From contig JBEKIG010000025.1 of the NCBI GenBank assembly GCA_050011875.1, positions 1 to 19,006 on the forward strand: a stretch of 19,006 nt of DNA, written 5' to 3'. Made by a program: the position numbers and the translations under genes. Below the pieces are notes generated by a model. It made no database searches. It saw nothing but the letters and a program-made list of their open reading frames with translations, and was not told where the DNA came from. This DNA is from Nitrososphaeria archaeon. GTDB lineage: Archaea > Thermoproteota > Nitrososphaeria > JACIWG01. This document shows positions 15,500 to 19,006 of this stretch, piece by piece; the stretch's first letter is position 1, and every line of letters begins with the position of its first letter.

Positions 15500-16258
15500 A
15501 TGGATAGTAATGAACTCAATCTGTTATTAGACTTTGCAGGTAAGTTAAACGAACTCATTGAACAACGCGCCATAGAACTAGTTAAATCTGCACCTAAGCG
15601 AACGTTTATGTCGGCTGAAGTCAATGAGCTTGCTGCGGCTATGTCTAAAGCCCAAGGGAAATATTTGCCATTGTTCTTCAACAAGACTAATCCATATGAA
15701 CGGTGGGAATTCAATGACCTTGAAGCTATTGTTGCAGCTGTGAGACCTGCTCTTGAACAAAACGGAATATTCTTTACGCAACTGCCCTGCGTTGAGGAAT
15801 CAGGTGTTATCATCCTTTATACTCGCCTGATTCACAATTCAGGGCAATGGATTGAATGTACGTCGCGCATTGTTCCTCCTCAGAATAACCAGCAAGAGTA
15901 TGATAGCATTCTAGCTGCACAAAAGCGCTCTGCTGCTTATAGCATTTTGGGTATTGCCGGTAAGAATGATCGTACTGACGACGATTCAGAAATAGCTATG
16001 CGTACTGTTAGAAACCAGTCAGATAAGGGCACCGATATCAATCTCAGCTATGATACTAGTGATGCAAGTTATGATCGAATATCTAAAGATCAACTGCAAG
16101 AATTGGAATATGTTCTTTCAGAGTTTCCTGATATGGTAACAACACTACTTAAACGTGAACGTATTGAAACATTAGCTGATTTGCCCAAGAATAGATACCG
16201 TGCTACGTTAGATAAAACGCATGAGATTGTAGCGTTGCGTAAAGGTATAAAGAAATAG
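15500..16258 (+). CDS. erf: ERF-family single-strand annealing protein (copy 2, divergent motif)
   Basis: ELAAAMSKAQG, NKTNPY, VRPALEQNGIFFTQ, TRLIHNSGQWIE, DDDSE. Confidence 0.85.
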   Translation: MDSNELNLLLDFAGKLNELIEQRAIELVKSAPKRTFMSAEVNELAAAMSKAQGKYLPLFFNKTNPYERWEFNDLEAIVAAVRPALEQNGIFFTQLPCVEESGVIILYTRLIHNSGQWIECTSRIVPPQNNQQEYDSILAAQKRSAAYSILGIAGKNDRTDDDSEIAMRTVRNQSDKGTDINLSYDTSDASYDRISKDQLQELEYVLSEFPDMVTTLLKRERIETLADLPKNRYRATLDKTHEIVALRKGIKK

Positions 16259-16267
16259 GAGAAATAA

Positions 16268-16549
16268 ATGGCATTAAACCGCATTGTAAGGCATACAATA
16301 CCAAACAAGTTCGATAGTGCAGAATTCGGCACTATATGTTTAGCCAATTATAGCGATACTCCTTGTGAGCTCTTTATTCAATTGAGCCATACCGACGAAG
16401 CTGAGTGGGAACCTATCGGACATTTATTGGAATCTGCATTCTGCGATCTATTGCAAGATGAAGAATTCATAGTAGAATTGATCAATATGGCAGCTACTCC
16501 AAACACTAAGTCTTATAAAAACATAACTACGATACTCGCCAAGAAATAA
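16268..16549 (+). CDS. Hypothetical protein
   Basis: RBS AGGAG; last gene of the plus-strand operon. Confidence 0.75.
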   Translation: MALNRIVRHTIPNKFDSAEFGTICLANYSDTPCELFIQLSHTDEAEWEPIGHLLESAFCDLLQDEEFIVELINMAATPNTKSYKNITTILAKK

Positions 16550-16567
16550 TCTTGGTGCTCATCTCTA

Positions 16568-16583
16568 CTCTTTTTGATGCGCC
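16568..16583 (+). repeat. 16-bp direct repeat, copy 1
   Basis: CTCTTTTTGATGCGCC, identical at 17320-17335. Confidence 0.9.
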
Positions 16584-16610
16584 TGGAGAAATCTCTGGGC
16601 GTATTATTTT
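16577..16610 (+). terminator. Terminator between convergent operons
   Basis: ATGCGCC...GGCGTAT stem followed by TATTTT. Confidence 0.6.
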
Positions 16611-17293
16611 GGTCTAACTGATGTTGGCGCCGCAATAGGCATTCTTTCCTTCAAAGCCGTATTTAATGCGCTAATGCCTGCATATTCTCTGTCTAACAAT
16701 TGGTATCTTTGTTGTAACTCAGATAGCCTTTTGCCTAATCTGCTATTTTCTTGCATATATCCTTTAACTTGCGCATCAAGAACTGCTCGTTCTGCGATTA
16801 GATCAGTTATTTGTTTAGTAAGGCCGATTACTCGTGCATTTGGCGTCACTTCTTGCAGCCGTTCTGCCAGCGCCCTATTCTCTTGGCGCTCATCCGTTAT
16901 GGCCTTGTTTGCTATGATGAGCTGCCGGGTAAGTTCTTGGACTGCTGTATCTTTTTCGTGCAATGTCGTTTGAATGATCTCTAATGCTCGAATTATTTGC
17001 CCCAATTGTTGTTGCGTTTGCTGAAATGCACATTGCACACTTTGTAACTCTGCTGGATAGCCCTTTTTAGGCGGCGATGACAGAGTCCCCTGCTCCGAAC
17101 AGTTACTTATTGAACAATGTTTATATGTATATATTAATGCTATGACAACAATTGCAACTATGGCCGCTGGAACAATGGCCTGCTTGCATATCTTATTACA
17201 TATAAATTCTTTCGATTTTTCCATAGGCAATGTTTGCATACTGAAAAGAACGCAGCAAAGAATAAATATATTAAATATTGATCTGTTATTCAT
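16604..17293 (-). CDS. Exported single-TM coiled-coil protein (moron/effector-like)
   Basis: RBS AAGGAGG; signal peptide, TM segment AIVPAAIVAIVVIALIY, ~130-aa coiled coil. Confidence 0.8.
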   Translation of the reverse strand: MNNRSIFNIFILCCVLFSMQTLPMEKSKEFICNKICKQAIVPAAIVAIVVIALIYTYKHCSISNCSEQGTLSSPPKKGYPAELQSVQCAFQQTQQQLGQIIRALEIIQTTLHEKDTAVQELTRQLIIANKAITDERQENRALAERLQEVTPNARVIGLTKQITDLIAERAVLDAQVKGYMQENSRLGKRLSELQQRYQLLDREYAGISALNTALKERMPIAAPTSVRPK

Positions 17294-17319
17294 AGGTTGT
17301 CCTCCTTGTTTTAATCGAT

Positions 17320-17335
17320 CTCTTTTTGATGCGCC
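17320..17335 (+). repeat. 16-bp direct repeat, copy 2
   Basis: CTCTTTTTGATGCGCC. Confidence 0.9.
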
Positions 17336-17344
17336 CGTTTCTTT

Positions 17345-18559
17345 CTATCTTAGAATATTTACCGATAACCATGTATAGCGGCGCGATGATGGGTCGCCTC
17401 GTACACCAACTACTTTGGTTCCACGCCCTACAGACAAGAAGCAATTAATTGTATCGCCTGCATTCAGATATAATATCATGCTCAGCGTCTGCATAATGTT
17501 ATAGTAATATGGATCAACACTAAGAGCACAGATTGGATATGGATTGATAACAAACGCTTCCGCTTTCTCTGCACCATTGAGTTGAACCACATAGTGAGCT
17601 TCAACGTGAGTATCTTGAAGATTATAAAAGCTTATAGTTCCGGCTAGTAAATAGCGTCCGGCCACCGGTGCAGTATATATTCCAGTAGTATTATCATAGC
17701 CTCCGTCAGTGTAGTCAATGGTATCAAATATTATATTATATGCAGTCCAATCGCCAGTCGCATTATCTACATTCGCACTCTGATGCGCAGAGAATCCATA
17801 GTTAGTTGCAGTCGCGAAAGCTGCTATGGCTATTCCATTGGCCGTATTGGTAATAGTGATATTAGATCCTGCTGTAAGAGTGTTCCATGCAGGTGCTGTG
17901 CCTCCGCCGATAAGCACTTGCCCATTGGTTCCATTAGAAGCTGCTACGACGCCAGTTCCGTTTGTTGTCAGCACGCCATTCGTTTGGCTATCTACCGTCA
18001 ATGTATTACCTCGCAAGGCAGTGGTCGCTCGAACGCTTCCAGGGGCTATGACAACAGGATCCAACGAGACTGTCGCCACGCCTGCCACCGTATTAACATC
18101 TATCTGATTGACCGTACCATTGACAGCCGTTATAGTGCCAGCATTGGTTGCATTAATAGTAATCTGATTGGCTACTGTTTCATCGAAAGTTATACCGGTG
18201 CCAGGTAGTATCGAGCCAAAAGCTGGAGAGGCGCCCGGATTGGCAAAGAGCACTTGCCATTGGGTAGTACCATTAACAGATGATGGTACACCGGCATTAT
18301 TGGTAACAACTACACCATCGATACCAAGATCGTTAATTACCCCAACAGGTATCCATTGTGCTTGATTGGCTAATATCGCTACTAGCACCCATGCTGATTG
18401 ATCTGTTGGGTCAATCCAAAGCGTTCCCAAGAAAGCAAAGTCTGTTACTTGCGGATGCCTTGGAATAACCATAGGGTTCTGTGCAGCTGAATATATTGAG
18501 TTAGTAAGGCCATATGTCTGCTGTGGCCTTATATTGTGAATCTTACTTACTACAGTCAT
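17345..18559 (-). CDS. Tail-fibre-like protein with C1q-like tip
   Basis: G/T/N/V-rich shaft with two ~55-aa repeats (aa 81-137 and 194-247); C-terminal FSA..IFD..YDNTTGIYTAPVAGRY..LYLNAGDT. Confidence 0.8.
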   Translation of the reverse strand: MTVVSKIHNIRPQQTYGLTNSIYSAAQNPMVIPRHPQVTDFAFLGTLWIDPTDQSAWVLVAILANQAQWIPVGVINDLGIDGVVVTNNAGVPSSVNGTTQWQVLFANPGASPAFGSILPGTGITFDETVANQITINATNAGTITAVNGTVNQIDVNTVAGVATVSLDPVVIAPGSVRATTALRGNTLTVDSQTNGVLTTNGTGVVAASNGTNGQVLIGGGTAPAWNTLTAGSNITITNTANGIAIAAFATATNYGFSAHQSANVDNATGDWTAYNIIFDTIDYTDGGYDNTTGIYTAPVAGRYLLAGTISFYNLQDTHVEAHYVVQLNGAEKAEAFVINPYPICALSVDPYYYNIMQTLSMILYLNAGDTINCFLSVGRGTKVVGVRGDPSSRRYTWLSVNILR

Positions 18560-18568
18560 ATTGTCTCC

Positions 18569-19006
18569 TTAAATTGCCATTATAAGATTGCCAGAAAAAA
18601 ATGGCGCTGGGCCGTACCCCGTCATGCCGGATATACTTATAGTCTTAGGAGTAAGGCCTGCAGAAAATATCATTTCCATAGTATCACCAGCATTCATATA
18701 GCAACTAATACTTCCGCTTACTAACGAAACACTATCTTCCTCTTGAGTACTACTTAAATATCCGTTGCCAGCTCCTGGAGCAGTAGCTTGATTGCCAAGA
18801 AAGATTTGAGTATTATCTCCACCTTGCGCTATTTGCCAGCCGCCACTAGCAAAGCCTTGCACGATAACTACATCTCCAAGAGCAGCTGTTGCCGGAAGAG
18901 TAACTACTAGCCTGGAACCGCTCTCAGTTATTAGGCCAGTGTTAGAAGAGGCAGTTAAATCCGAGGTCACAGCAGACCATTTTATGCCGCCTCCAGCAGC
19001 TTCAAG
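18569..19006 (-). CDS. 5'-truncated tail-fibre-like protein with apparently chimeric C-terminus
   Basis: Frame is open to the window edge (LEAAGGGIKWSAVTS...); TLPATAALGD..GGWQIAQ module followed by YMNAGDT..FFSGNLI. Confidence 0.75.
   Translation of the reverse strand, partial: LEAAGGGIKWSAVTSDLTASSNTGLITESGSRLVVTLPATAALGDVVIVQGFASGGWQIAQGGDNTQIFLGNQATAPGAGNGYLSSTQEEDSVSLVSGSISCYMNAGDTMEMIFSAGLTPKTISISGMTGYGPAPFFSGNLIMAI

Noticed and set aside
124-18724. Many antisense or alternate-frame ORFs in the track (e.g. 124-315, 1299-1670, 4113-4424, 8284-8577, 15439-15813, 17783-18208)
   Set aside because: They are shadows of well-supported genes and have no RBS or motifs
1-19006. CRISPR array, DGR, invertase or IS element
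   Set aside because: No spaced repeat array, reverse transcriptase, TR/VR pair, recombinase or transposase was seen; the C1q-like paralogs are too divergent to be TR/VR

Overview
A 19-kb, AT-rich segment of a tailed dsDNA phage or prophage with a P22-like portal; no host housekeeping genes are present. The minus strand carries a winged-HTH replication-initiator-like gene, rusA, terS and terL. It continues with a ~3.5-kb accessory block, the portal, small head-module genes, a DUF6496-like basic protein, a scaffold-like protein and a signal-peptide M15 endolysin. The plus strand carries an early operon with two tandem ERF-family annealing proteins, and tail-fibre-like genes with C1q-like tips converge from the right end. 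No capsid, integrase or cI/cro gene is visible. The style of the secreted proteins tentatively suggests an intracellular Dependentiae/Chlamydiae-like host (inference only). The main finding is a 151-nt tRNA-Leu-derived RNA (14096-14246) whose anticodon and variable arms are both greatly elongated and both tipped by the self-complementary loop CUUAAG. Also notable are a self-contained two-gene cassette (signal peptide, small domain, diGly, hydrophobic peptide, plus a multi-TM partner) with a convergent anti-SD sRNA candidate; unannotated Zn-binding microproteins overlapping both ends of terL; and an effector-like gene bracketed by exact 16-bp direct repeats.
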